Assembly (NCBI GenBank): GCA_012295275.1
Contig: CM022674.1
Location: forward strand, 15,190,001-15,254,000
Origin: Chrysomallon squamiferum
Taxonomy: Eukaryota > Animalia > Mollusca
Length of the DNA: 64,000 nt
Direction of reading: 5' to 3'
How positions within the stretch are numbered: position 1 is the stretch's first letter; the number at the start of each line of letters is the position of its first letter. Made by a program: the position numbers and the translations under genes. The notes below the pieces were generated by a model that did no database searches, was not told where the DNA came from, and worked only from the letters and a program-made list of their open reading frames with translations. Of the stretch, positions 35,748 to 50,371 are shown in pieces.

Positions 35748-36289
35748 CTTTAATTTAATTTAAATTCATAAATAAACATTCCTTACCTTATTATAATGAT
35801 CAAGTGCATTAGCAAGCTGGTAATAACGTCCTGCGTGTCCTAAATCTTTGCGAGCGAAAGCGTTAGCAGCATCATCATGGTGGGCCGCAGCGGCGTTCTG
35901 TGCGTGAGCACCGGCTGCATGGTCCGTGTGTTTAGCTGCGCCGTTGTTGTAGTAGCTGCCGCCTTTATCAACTTTGTTGTAATTATAATTACGAGCTCTA
36001 GCGTAGCCGTTTGCTTTATCAGCAGCTCGGGCACCTTGTTGTCCAAACTGACTGCCGCGCGCTGCATAGTCAGCGTATTTTTTGTTCACGTTGTCGTGGG
36101 CATATCTGTCGTGACCGTAGTTACCGTAGAGGGCAGCTCCATGTGCAGCTCCGTAAGGACTTGGAACGTACAGCGCCTTGGCAACGGCGAAAGTCAGGAC
36201 TATGACCACAGCAATAGTACACTGGAAATAATAATAACAATACTAGTTCTACTACTACTACTACTAATAACAACAACAACAACAACAAC

Positions 36290-36326
<37 letters not shown>

Positions 36327-37584
36327 TAAAATGATGATGATGATAAGAAGAAGAAGAAAAAGAAGAAGAAAAAAGAAGAAGAAAAAGAAGAAGAAGAAGA
36401 AAAGAAAAAGAAGAAGAAGAAAAAGAAGAACAAGAAAAAGAAGAAGAAGAAGGATGAGAAAAAGAAGAAGAAAAGAAGAAGAAGAAGAAGAAAAAGAAGA
36501 AGAAGAAAGAAGAAAGAAGAAGAAGAAAGAAGAAGAAAAAAAAGAAGAAGAAAAGAAGAAGAAGAAGGAGGAAGGAGGAAGAAGAAGAAGAAGGAGAAGA
36601 AGAAGAAGAAGAAGAAGAAGAAGAAGAAGGAAAGGAGGAAGAAGAAGAAGAAGAAGGAAGAAGAGGAGAAGGAAGGAGGAGAAGAAGAAGAAAGAAGAAG
36701 GAAGAAAGAAGAAGAAGAAGAACGGAGAAGAAGAAGAAAAGAGAAGAAGAAGATCAAAAAAACAAGAAGAAGAAGAAAAAGAAGAAAAGAAGAAGAAGAT
36801 GAAAAGAAGAAGAAGGAGAAGAAGAATCATTAAGAACAACAACAGAAATTGTACTTAAGAAGAAGAAGAAGAAGGCCATAATGATGATGGTGATGATGAT
36901 GATGATGATGATGAGGATGATGATGAAGATGGTAATATATCCACTACGGAAACTAGAGGAGAAGTAAACTACAAAACCGACCAGATAAATTGTATATGAA
37001 CACAAGACAACAATTCTGTTTTCTAATAACCAAATAATTTTAGGATGATGATGTTTAAAGAAATCAATATAATTTCCAAAATGAAACGCACTAGTAATAA
37101 ATAAATAAATAAATAAATAAATAAAATATAAATAAATAAACAAATAATTAAAAAAACATACATACAAACAAACAAACAAATAACTAAATAAAGTAATTTT
37201 TCTTTCCAGTCAAATTTTTATATTAAATTTTGTTTAAGTTTCCAATTGATCATTTTATGATGAAAATTAATTAATATATTCTAAAGATGTTATTAAATAT
37301 ATTTTATTCAACTTTAGACAATCTGTCAATTAATTAATTAAGTAATTTAGAGATGACAGAACATCTAAGTTTTATTTCGTTAAATAATAATTATTAAATT
37401 ATTCTACATTCAGAAGCCGGTAAAAGAAAAGGAAATAAAGAATTTTTAGTCACATAACTAATTAAAAGTTTAAAAGCGAACAACTGATGACAGAAAATTA
37501 GTCAGTGTACTGCAGCAATGTTTTAATCAAATGATACATTTCTAATAATTAAAAGTACATTAATGTGTTCAACTGAACTTAATA

Positions 37585-37630
<46 letters not shown>

Positions 37631-38097
37631 AAGAGGGAGAATGGAAAAAAAATACAGATAAGTAGTTTTGTATCCAACAGCTAATGGTAGAAAAATGATC
37701 TATGTAATTTAATAACGATATTAAATACGTTTGAAATCCAAATAAATAAATAAATAAATAAAATATAAATAAATAAACAAACAATAAAAAATAAAAAATA
37801 AAAAATAAACAATAAAAAATAAACAATAAAAAAAATATGATACATTTCTAATAATCAAAAGTACATTAATGTGTTCAACTGAACTTAATAAAAAAAATAA
37901 AAATAAAAATTTTAAAAAATTTAAAGAGGGAGAAGGGAAAAAAAGCTGTAACAGAAGACTGGTTAATATAGTCTGTATTTTAAAAATACTCAATAATTAA
38001 GGCATTTTAGAAGTAACGTTAAAAAAAAATAAATTTAAAAATAGCTTCTAATATGAGAACAAATTTAAAAATTAAACTTTAATTTCTTTACCTTCAT
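32813..38097 (-). CDS. Secreted His/Ala/Gly/Tyr/Asp/Asn-rich low-complexity protein, 634 aa; MK micro-exon gene C
   Basis: Exons 38097-38092 (ATGAAG|GTAAAG), 36221-35787, 34954-34525 and 33846-32813; phases 0, 0 and 1 are consistent; 1905 nt total. Signal peptide MKCTIAVVIVLTFAVAKA. Exons are GC-rich with a strong NNC codon bias against AT-rich introns. AATAAA lies about 60 nt after the stop (32750-32755). Confidence 0.9.
36330..36930. repeat. Long imperfect (GAA)n purine tract followed by (GAT)n, in intron 1 of gene C
   Basis: Directly visible; explains the poly-R/K/E and poly-F/S/L ORFs. Confidence 0.95.
37531..37945. repeat. Local direct duplication (about 110 bp, copies at about 37531 and 37836) in intron 1 of gene C
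   Basis: ATGATACATTTCTAATAATYAAAAGTACATTAATGTGTTCAACTGAACTTAATA + A-tract + AAAGAGGGAGAAKGGAAAAAAA occurs twice. Confidence 0.85.
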
Positions 38098-38174
38098 GTT
38101 GGTGACCTCGATTGTTCACCTCTTCAAAGAGCTGCGCTTCAAAGGCCCGAAACTGCCAAGAGAACTAAGAGATC

Positions 38175-38190
38175 GAGACTATATAGGTTT
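38175..38190 (-). promoter_or_regulatory. Candidate TATA box of gene C
   Basis: Minus-strand CCTATATAG about 85 nt upstream of the ATG at 38097. Confidence 0.45.
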
Positions 38191-38748
38191 GGGAAAACCA
38201 TAAAAATTTACAATCTTCTAAAGACAACACCAGAGACAAATTTTTTTTTTTTCCTTCTTCTATCCTCAATAAACCTCGTTTAAAAATGTCGAACCGGGAT
38301 CTTAGCAAGAGGCATTGCGTCCTGATATGAAAATGTACACAAGTTTTTATGACTTGAACAATAAAATCTGTCGTTTTAGAGTCTTCGCGCTGTTTTCGAA
38401 TATTAAATTATAACAGCGGTTTATGTTTTAGTTGCGTCTTTCATCAGCGATCAGATATTTCAGTTTTCATCACCGCTGAGAAGGAATTATTATTATTTTA
38501 TTTTTTTTAAATAAGTCTCGAGTGAAGAAGAATAATAAAATTAAAATAGTATCATATTCTTATTCACAGTAGATTTCCTTCTATGAATTATTAAAATTGG
38601 TGACAAATTATTTAAAAATTTTGCCGTCATCCATAACTGTTTTTCTTAATGTACATTTGTCAGTATTATTATGTGCATATTTATTTTTATGTGTGTATAT
38701 GTGAGGTAAGGTAGATATGCTGATAGGCGGGGAAGTAGATAGGGATGC

Positions 38749-38810
<62 letters not shown>

Positions 38811-39122
38811 ATGACAGTAATACTAATTTTACAAATATTAATAATAATAAAATAGATTAAGAAGGGATTAATCAGTTTTATACGCAGACGAATAGTCTTT
38901 TTATTTATTTATTTATTTGTTTGTTTGTTTGTTTGTTTGTTTGTTTGTTTTTTGAGAGTTTATTTATTTTATGTTTCTCTTTTTTTCCCTTTTCTTTCTT
39001 AATTTTTTTTTTTTTTTTTTTTTGAATTACAATTGCTTAAAAAATACGGTTAAAGAGTCCATATAACTAGTAGATTTACATTTAGTATTAGTATTACTAA
39101 TAGTAGTAGTAGTAGCAGTAGC

Positions 39123-39199
<77 letters not shown>

Positions 39200-39804
39200 A
39201 GTGTAGTAGTAGTAATAGTACCAGAAGAAATAAAAGTAGCAGTAGCAATGCTAGTAGTAGTAATAGTAGTAGTAGTAGTAGTAATAGTAGTACTGGTAGT
39301 AATAGTAGTTAAAACAATGCTACTAGTTATTAATATAAGTTACGCTAAGCGGTTTTTACTAATCATACTGCTATGAAAGTCAAAGATCAAGTCTATTTAT
39401 AATTTTTATTTAAATTAAAGTTCAGGTAACTCCTTCAGCCATGCCACGTGCCTTCCTTGTCTCTTAGCAACCGAATGTCTCTTGGGAGAATGCTGGTTGT
39501 AGAGTGCAAATGAGACGTCATCAGTAATAACTTATTCCGCGTTTAAAAGTGCGTGAAAGTTTTCATGTTTGATGAAGTATTAAATTTGATTTTTAAATAC
39601 CAGAAGTTAAAGCCGGTGTATGAATTAAAACAGCCATAAAAACTTTTGCTGGATTTATTGAATTCAAGTTATAATCTTTTATTCTTTATCGTCTCTTTTA
39701 TCATTTCTCTTTCGCTCCTTTTTTTTTTTTTTAATCTTTTTACAGAGTTTTTATTTTTTATTTATTTATTTATAGATTTGTCTCCGGAAGTGACATTTAC
39801 TCTC

Positions 39805-39966
<162 letters not shown>

Positions 39967-40234
39967 TTCCTTTATCTCTGTGTCTTTGTCCCTCATTCTT
40001 TCTTCCTCGTTCTGTCTATACCTCTCTGTGTCTCTCAGCTCATAAAAAATACTTTTTATTTTTATTTTTTTATATTTACTTGATCGTATAAAGAAGAAGA
40101 AGGAGAAGAAGAAGAAGAAGAAGAAGAAGAAGAAGAAGAAGAAGAAGAAGACAAGAAAACAAATGAATAATAAGATAATTGAACAAACACACACACAGAG
40201 ACACATACACACACATACATACATACATACACAC

Positions 40235-40296
<62 letters not shown>

Positions 40297-40671
40297 GTAT
40301 ATGTATGTATATATATATCAGAAAAATCATAAATTAAAGGGCCTGTTTTACGTTACACTAAATACATTTTTTAGGACAAACTAAATATGTTTCTTCTCCT
40401 AACGTTACTAACAACATGGCTGTTACTTCTCATCTATTTTACTTCGTGCGTAGCGCTCATGTTGTCCGTCTCTTCCGTCTGTCTGTTTAATCTGCTGACT
40501 TCTTCTCATTTTATATTCTCCGCGTTCACACTTCGCATGTTCTGTATCTCGTATTAATGAAGAATCTATTGATCTTCAGTTGAAAACACGCAAAAATGCC
40601 ATATCAGCAGGCGTTTTAAAAATCATAGTAGCGGCCCGCACGAGCTAGGGAAAGCACGTGAAAACGTCAAC

Positions 40672-40694
40672 ATGGCGTCTCCCGCTGAGGACAA
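40672..40694 (+). CDS. Candidate first coding exon (MASPAED-K), possibly an alternative start of the CNBD gene
   Basis: CAACATGGCG start context in a CpG-enriched patch, followed by an AA|GTAAGA donor; phase 2. Confidence 0.35.
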
Positions 40695-41743
40695 GTAAGA
40701 ATATTTATTTGTTTGTTTATGTAGGTAATGTCTGTATAGATATTAATTTTTTTTTTGGGGGTATTAGTTATTATTAGAATATAGTTGTAGATGTTAAATA
40801 AAATAATTATTTACTTAATCAGTAATGTGTACGTATGTGTATGTGTGTGTATGTGTGTGCGTGTCTATATATATATATATTGCTCTAATTATGCTATAAT
40901 ATGACATAAATAAATAAAGAAATAATTACGTTCAGTATTTGTTTTTATTATTATTTTAACCAAATAAAATAATAATAAAAGTAACTATCTGTCTATCCAT
41001 CTATCAATGTATATGTCTGTATATCTATCTATATATGTGTGTGTGTGTGTGTACAAACATCTGGTTTTCTGTCTGTCTATATACATATATATCTGTGTAT
41101 ATATATGTACCTATGTACCTATCTACCTGTCTCTCTATGTATCTTTCTCTCTATGTATATATCTATCTAATCTCTCTGTCTGTCTATCTGTCTCTATACA
41201 TATCTGCCTTAATGCCTTTCTTTAGTGTATATTTATCTATCACACATTAGAAATGTATATAAATGTATCTGTGTTTGAGCTCATGGGAAGATGCATATAA
41301 AAACTGTTGATAATGAAAAGAGAGCAGACTATTTGTCTCCGCAGGTGTTTTAATATGTCATTAATTCTATACTTAGTGCCATTTTATATAACAGTATGTT
41401 TCAACACACACACACACACACACACATATAAACAAACACACACACACACACATATACACATATACATACATAGATTTATGCATATGTGTGTATGAGTATA
41501 TATATATATATACAACAAAACAAAGAAAAAAGAAAATAATTTCAGATTTTCACACAGGTAATCATACTGAGTTACTTTTAATAGATTTGACTGTAACTGT
41601 CATTGATGCACTAATTTTATCAATAATGATTTCTTTCCGCTAAGGAAGTTAGACGAAATAAATAAATTTAAAAAAAATAATTTTTAAGAAAATAACAAAG
41701 AGAATATTTGACTTTAATTTTGTTTATTTATTTATTTATTTAG

Positions 41744-41782
<39 letters not shown>

Positions 41783-43222
41783 TTTATTTATTTATTTATG
41801 TATTTATTTATTTGAAATATTTAGTTATTGAGTTAGTTATTGGATTATTGTTTTATTGTCTTATGTGAAATAAAAATATATTTAGATTTGAACATAAACC
41901 GTCAGTTCTTTCATTAATAGTTTTGAAACGAGTCTTTCCAACGTAGGCATCTTTTATTTATTTATTTATTTATTTATTTAAGTTGTACCTAAATGTGCAT
42001 TTAAAACTGTGTATATTATTACGTTAACAAAACTCAAATATCCTTAGTACCAATAATATCCACAGTCTACTGAAACAGGATTCGTAACGTATATGACAGT
42101 AAAATACACCTTTTTATGTTGCATTTGAATATTTTCCTATAGACGTGGTAAAGCAATATTTTACTATTGTTTTATGCAGCAGTAACTAAAATATATCTCT
42201 CTAAGTCATTTCAGTTTTTATATTCGATTTTCTTTGCTTAGTGTGTCACCACTCACAAACAAATAAAATAGATGAATAGAAAATTGCCTATTGTTAAGAA
42301 AAGGGAATTATGAAGTCGATACTGGATAAAGAAAGCTAAGTTTGTTTTGTGCTGATATTTCAATGATACGAGTGAACAGAAATTTTTATCTAAACGTATC
42401 AATAGTATTTCATAGTTTTCTATGTAATATAAAATGACAGAAAAAAACAAATATAAATTTAACATAACAATTCCTTTTGAGCAAATGTGACAAATTTCCC
42501 TTGAGCGAATTTTTCCGGATTTTTGCATGTTATGAATATTCTGCTCAGTATATAATTCAAGATAAGTAACCCAAAAAATAAAAATGAAAAACGTCTGCTA
42601 CTACCGTTACTACTACTATTTACCAATGTTATTTTAGTACTACTGCATACTATTTACTAATGCAACTTTTTAGTAGAGCAACAGCATACTACTACGATTA
42701 CTACTGATTTTATTACAGCAACAGGTTCTATAGCTACAACTAATGCAACTACTGCTATTACTTTCATTACTGCTAATACTTCTACCACAACTTCTGTTTT
42801 TATTATTATTATTATCTCTGCTAGTATTAAACACCTAAAGATGATGTCTTCATACAAATAAATTATTGTTCTCGACTATCGATCTGTCCTGTCAATTGCG
42901 TGTTCCAATAACACACTGATTATTTAGATATTGATCAGCTACTTCCTAATTAGCGTTGTCTTTTTTTTTATTGTTTACGTACCTGTTGCCACCTGCTACA
43001 GGTGTAAATGTTGTTCTTATTAGCACTATCAAAGTCAGGTGCTCTGTCAGCGACTCGATATTTCGACTCTTCCTCCGTCAATTCTCAAACCTTTGTGACA
43101 AGGATGTTTAAAGATTCAAAGCTAGAACGATACTGAAGAACTTGAACAGCGTAATAAACGGATACTCTGGTTAATTAGGAAATGAGGTTTTTGTTATATG
43201 TGTTTAATATGTGTGTGTACAG

Positions 43223-43341
43223 ATTTAACTAGCTGAAATGATGCTGTCTAGAGAAGATACTAGGAGTGTGGCTGTTGTGAATGAATCAAGGTTGGATCCT
43301 AGAGTGACCAGAAGTACAAAATTTGTAGTTTCAACAGACAC
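43223..43341 (+). CDS. Candidate exon (ATG at 43238, MMLSREDTRSVAVVNESRLDPRVTRSTKFVVSTD), possibly an alternative N-terminus of the CNBD gene
   Basis: tacag acceptor ending at 43222 and an AC|GTAAGT donor. Phase 2 is compatible with the acceptor of exon 58956. Confidence 0.4.
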
Positions 43342-43424
43342 GTAAGTTTTTCTTCTTCTTCTTCTACTACTTTTTTTTCTTCTTCTTCCTAGACAGACAC
43401 CACTATAAACCATGATAAAGTATA

Positions 43425-43510
<86 letters not shown>

Positions 43511-44283
43511 ACCTCATTGTGTCCCTGTGTGTATGTCTATCATTCTTACACACGCACATACGCTATAGAAACCTGAACAAACCTACAGAAGTAATATAAG
43601 ATAGTGTTTCTAGATCAGTTAAAAAAAACTGACTTAGTCGCGTGCTTTCCTATCGATTGCGATGAGCTAACATGATAAATAAAATATAAGTCAAAGCTTT
43701 CATGAGATACACTTTTTTTACAAAATAATGTTTTTTTTAGTCCTCTGCTCTAGTCTTTTTTTTTTATCTTTTTTTTTTTTTTTAAATGTTTTTAAAAAAC
43801 ATTTCATTAGCGTTCGATAATTCTAATTACCATTGTAATTATCTGAACAAAATATAATATGGACAAGGCGGTTGAGAGAAATTTAGAACAGCCTGTGTGT
43901 ATCTGTGTGTATTTTTAGAAATGCTGTTTTGGTTTGTGAAGGGGTTGAGTGCAGAAGCATAGAGAAAAGAGAAAAAAAATATACAAATAAAACTGAGACT
44001 CACATTTACATCCAGGGACACAGACTTTTTTACAAAACACACACACACAGTCCACACACTCTAGTCTTTTCGCATAAATACGCATTTACCTCCATTTTAT
44101 GGATAAACATACGCATAAAAATTTTCACATACCTATGGACAGAATTTTTTTTGAATTTACACATACAGAGAGAGAAATTAAAGAGAGGGATGAAGGGAAG
44201 GATTCTAATTAGAGAAAATCAATTATATGAACAAAATACGAACAGATGGATATAAACGCAGAGAGAGAGAGAGGAGGGAGGGG

Positions 44284-44456
<173 letters not shown>

Positions 44457-46550
44457 CGTATTGAAGAATGATTAGCATTTATTTTAAATCATACAACTCA
44501 GAAAAGACTAAAACGACTTGTACCAAAAGTCCTAATAGACTGAGTCAACTTTATTTGTTTGTTTTTCAACAGTTGACAAAATTGATCATTTTCTCAGTAC
44601 TATATGAATATTATTTGTTTCTATAACTGTAAGAATAAATAATTGAATCTATGAAAGACTGAATGAAAGAGGATTACAAAGAGGGAGTGAATGAATGAAA
44701 CATGAAAGGAAGATGAAGAGAAATTATGAACATACAAATGAAAAAACGGACAAATAAATCAGTGACAATAAAAAAAAAAAAGGCTGAGGGTGAAACGTTA
44801 ATTAAAATGATTGTGTATATAAATAAACAAAACAAACAAAATATCTAAAAAAAATGTGAAAAAAAATAAAAAAATACAACTACAAACAAACAAACAAACA
44901 AAGAAGACGTAGTGAGATATAAAGAAAAGGGTAGAGTGTCGAAGATAGTGAAATAGATATATATACTCTTTATTCTTCTTTTTTTTTTTTTCTTTATAGT
45001 TTATTTACCTCAAAGCCAGGCTATAATAATAATAATAATATTATCATTATCTACTCCCACCTTTTTTTTTTTTTTTTTTTTTTTTTTCTTTATTAAAAAC
45101 TGCCCGGGCATGAAACATGCCACAGATATTTTGTACAAAGATAACTGAATCTACACGCGATCATTTTCAAGCGGCTAAAACCGTGACAGAACACGAAAAC
45201 TTTCAGTGATACTTTTATTCAGACAACAAGGAAAACCGCGTCGCCTTTTGTGATCGGCTGGTGAATGGGAAGTAATTGCGAGGCAGTAAGCGTTACTCAC
45301 ACCATCACGAACCAGCGAGACGCTTATAGACTTCAAATAAGTTCATTATAAAATGTTTAGAGATCAAGCGAGTCGCAGTTTTCCAGTAAGTATTGTCACT
45401 ACCGTTTTATGTACGAATTTTATTTATCTTTTTTTTTTTTTTTTTTTTTTTAACTTTATATTTTTTTTTTTTACATAAATCGATTTTGAAATTAATGGGA
45501 AAATGAATGCTGGATATATATATATATATATATAAAACTCGTTTTGTATAGGATATAAGGTTTATTTAAGAACTTAAGAACTAAACCGTAAAAAGTAAAT
45601 GTGCTGTTAATATTGATGAATTTATGAATGGTAAATATTTAGGTACATACGTACTTATACATACATACATACATACATATATATATAAACACACGCACAC
45701 ATATAGACATTACACACACATTCACACACATCCACACACACATCCACACACACATACACACACACTCACACATACATACACACGTATACACACATACACA
45801 CAGACACACTCACACATACACACATACATACACACACACACTCACACTCACACATACACGTGGAATAACTGGTTACTCTAAAAAACATCAGTTTAATCAG
45901 ATCAAGCGAGGCTCTCTACGGTAGATTTTCTATTTCCACTGATTTCGTTCTCACTATACGTCAAAACAAAACAGCTCTTAAGAGAAAAAATTTAATAATA
46001 AATACAAAATTACTTATCATTTTCTAAATGAAAAGCGATTTCATAATGGTCTTTTGAGACGTAAACTAGCAATTAAACACTACTGCAGTAATTTTGAACT
46101 ATTTAGATTTTATACCTGGCTTCTTGAGTAAATGGATGGAAGGAATGGATGGATGGATCTACGGCTGAACAGCCATACATATACAGTTTCAAAGAAGACC
46201 TGTCGTTCATGTTTTACAATCCCAGTAATCTTTACGTTATTAACAAACCATCTCGTTATTCTGAAAACAATAATCATCTCTTTATCCATCCTTCCTGTCC
46301 GCCAGCTAATTACAAATGTATAGATTAAACAGAAAAACACAGTCGTACGCTCTGTTTAAGTACCATCGACCACTCATTTCTAATCAGTACATTACGTTTT
46401 AAGTACTTATTAGATGAACTAATGTCTACGCTAATGGGAAGGAAGGTATAATTTTAATAGTAATCTGTTCACATCAATATTCTTACTTATATTAGTCAGT
46501 GTGCATCACGTCTTATTCATTTTCCTTTTCAATATCGTTTGTGAGTATGA

Positions 46551-46740
<190 letters not shown>

Positions 46741-47099
46741 GTCTCTTTCAATATCTCTATATGTTTATCTGTTTATCTCACTGTCTCTGTCTGTTTCTCT
46801 CTCTATTTCGTGCCTTCTTGCTCTAACAATATTATTATTAATACTATTGCTACCGATACTATTACTATTACTATTACTGCTCTGTTATAACTACTACTGT
46901 AATTACTACAGTTAGTGTTACCATTACTATTACTGCTGCTGTTATATCACCACATAACTATTAGTACTGTTAGTATTACTACTACATTAATACTATTACT
47001 AGTACTACTATCCGTTATTACTATTTTTACTACTGCTGCTATTACTGCTACTACAACTGCTATTACTACTATTAGTACCTTTTACAATTATTATTATTA

Positions 47100-47163
<64 letters not shown>

Positions 47164-47340
47164 CTGTTCAGTTGTTGTTGTTGTTATATGTTTTCTGTAA
47201 TACTGTAGACAGTTTAATATGTTTTCTCTAATCAGTCGTTGTTCAGTGTTAAATTAATGTGGATCAGAACCTGACTGTTTTGATTTTTCTAGTAATAAGT
47301 TTGTCTGATCAATACATCTTACTTAGCATCACTCTCTTGA

Positions 47341-47411
<71 letters not shown>

Positions 47412-47622
47412 CAGAGAGACAGAGAGAGATGGTTAAAGACAATGAAATTAAGAAAGATATGCTCATACTGAAACATCAGTATAATAATAATAGTAATATA
47501 AATAATAATAATAATAACAATTACAATAATAATCATCAGAATTATGTTCATCATCATCATCATCATGATAATAACAATAAATATAATAATAATGATTATT
47601 ATTATTATTTTTATTAATATTA

Positions 47623-47668
<46 letters not shown>

Positions 47669-47686
47669 TTTATTATTATTATTATA

Positions 47687-47723
<37 letters not shown>

Positions 47724-48463
47724 CATCATCATCATTATCAGTATTATTTATACAGAGAGAAAGGAAGTGAGAGACGGAGTGAGATAGTGATACAAAGGAC
47801 ACACGTACACAGATTATGTGATAAGGCGAAAGAGTCAGTGACTGAGAGAACCTATTCACTTTTCCTCTTGACTGTTAAATGCTATTGTTGTAGAAAATGT
47901 CAGGCACTCACTCGGTCAATCTCACGTCATTAGCGAGAACGTCACGTGATACAAAAAAACAGTGTTTTCTAAACCGCAAATCTTCATCCTCTCTATTTTT
48001 TTATATTTGTAGTTTTCGTGGCAAATCTTTTGTTTTTATTCTGTGTGAAAATCATGATGGTTTCTTTGCAACTTAAACAGTGATTTTCGTGTTAATTTCT
48101 TTCCTAAATTCTCGTGAATTTCGTGTCTGTTTCTTCTCGGATCGGTTTCATTCCAAATCTATTTCATTTCGAGAATACTTCTTTTGTGAATCTGTTTAAT
48201 TTCACTTTTGATTTCATTATGGTGTTTTACTGGAATTCGTAAGAAATTAATTTTAGATTCGGAGGTTTCTGAGAAAACACTTCAAGAACTTCATCTCTTT
48301 CATTTGCTGCGGACTACTGTTACTTCCTTCTACGACAACAACAACTACTACTACAACTTGTTCTATTGTATCTTCTATTTCTATTCTGCTGCTGCTGGTA
48401 GTACAGCTAAAAGCAACAGCTGCAACTATTACTATTTCTACCACCACCACAACAAAAACACAG

Positions 48464-48497
<34 letters not shown>

Positions 48498-50303
48498 TGC
48501 ATCTACCACTACTCCTGTACTTCTAACATTACAGATACTAATACTACATCAAAGACTACTATTACTAAAATCACTGCTAAAGCAACAACAAATAATTCTA
48601 CTTCTACTGTATCAACAGCTGGTATTTTTCATACAAATACCATTACTACATCTATAATAACTATTAGGTTTACCGTTATTTCTACTACTATCGCTATTGC
48701 TACCAGTAATACTACTGCTGCTGCTACTACTACGACTACTACTGTTGCTACGCCTATTACTACTACTACTACTACTGTTACTGCAACTACTACTACTGCT
48801 ACTACACTACTACTATATTATTATTATTATTCTGTTTACTGAACGACTTACTACTAATATACAAGGCGATAATCACAATGCACAACAACGACTTCTGTTT
48901 ACTGAGGAAAAACGATATCTTTGTTCTCGTTAAGTAACCGGGGCCGTATTTGTATTCACAATGTCAGGACCGGTTCCACGATTTCAGTTAAAAAAAAGGG
49001 GGTTGTGATGGTGTCATGCGATAGTATAACTTTCAACATGAAATGAATATAATTACAAAGAAAGAAAAACTGATCATAAACAAGTCCGCGCGCCTCTTTG
49101 CAACCCCCCACTCAATCTGCCGCTGGATTCACCCTGCATATTTTTTTTGTGTTTTTATATTTGTTTACTTTTCGTTCGTTTGTACACCTACTTAGTGTCC
49201 GATATATATTTTTAAATAATAATATTAATTATAAATAAAAAGTGCGGAAGAACATTTTAATAACACTGACTGATTTTATGGATTTGATTATTTTATTTAA
49301 TATTTGTATTTTGAAATTTTACCAATGGCTGGAAATGATGTTAGGTTGTGTATTGTGGCTGTTCTATAAGGATGTATATTTGTTTTATTTAATTACTTTA
49401 TTCTCGAGTTAACTAGTGGATTGTAATGTTGTAATGTTGTACCGTGTGGATATTCTTTAAGGATGAATTCATTTTATTCTTTCATTCTGGAGTTAACTAA
49501 TGGCTGAACCTGTATCTCTGTGCATTGTGGATTTTCTATAAGGCTGTATATGTATGTTTCTTTTTCTATATAAAAGTGTTTTGTTCCTTGAAATTCATTG
49601 TTACGTGACATATACAATTTCTTTACCAGTGACTAAAGCCTTTGGTTCATATTAACATAAACTGGATCAATATTTTGAATATTTCTATTTAAGGATATAA
49701 TCAGCTTAGGATATTTCAGTTCAAAGATATTTCAGATTGAGGATACTTCATTTCAAGGATAATTTCAGTTCAGGTTATTAAAATATTCCATTTTAACGAC
49801 ATTTCAATTTAAGAATATTCAATACGACACAAATTCTGAAATCTAGTGTGCATCGAGCTATGAGGATTATGTAAGTACTAGACGAAGTAAAATTCATAGT
49901 GACTTTGAAAGTTCTGTCCATAGCAAGCGTGCTTTACCGTCATGCTGAAATTGTTTCATCCAAAATGAATTACACGTTTTTGACAGATCAATACATCGCT
50001 CGTTTGCGAAATGCAGTTGTTGTAGGCTGCTGCTGATAGATACTTAACCTTTCAAACAAGAACACTAAGTGCAATAACAACATATCACAGAAACGTTGTC
50101 AGTGTGATCTGATGATGTTAGGTAAAAAAAAGATAAACATTGAGTAGCCTATTACAGAAAATTAACAAATATAACAACATATGCAGGGAAACGTTGTCAG
50201 GATGATCTGATGGTTTGATGTTTAAAAACAGATAAACAAAACAAAATAATAAAAATAACAAATATAATAATAATAATAGGGATATTCGGATAAGGTTTGA
50301 TGT

Positions 50304-50371
<68 letters not shown>

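Noticed and set aside
32816-36329. Antisense Val-rich and shifted Thr-rich ORFs over the exons of gene C
   Set aside because: Shadow frames caused by NNC-biased His/Asp/Asn/Tyr/Ala codons. They coincide with the exon limits and have no independent gene signals.
45353-45385. ATG...CCA|GTAAGT mini-exon (MFRDQASRSFP)
   Set aside because: Phase 0 does not fit the CNBD core exon directly, and there is no other support.
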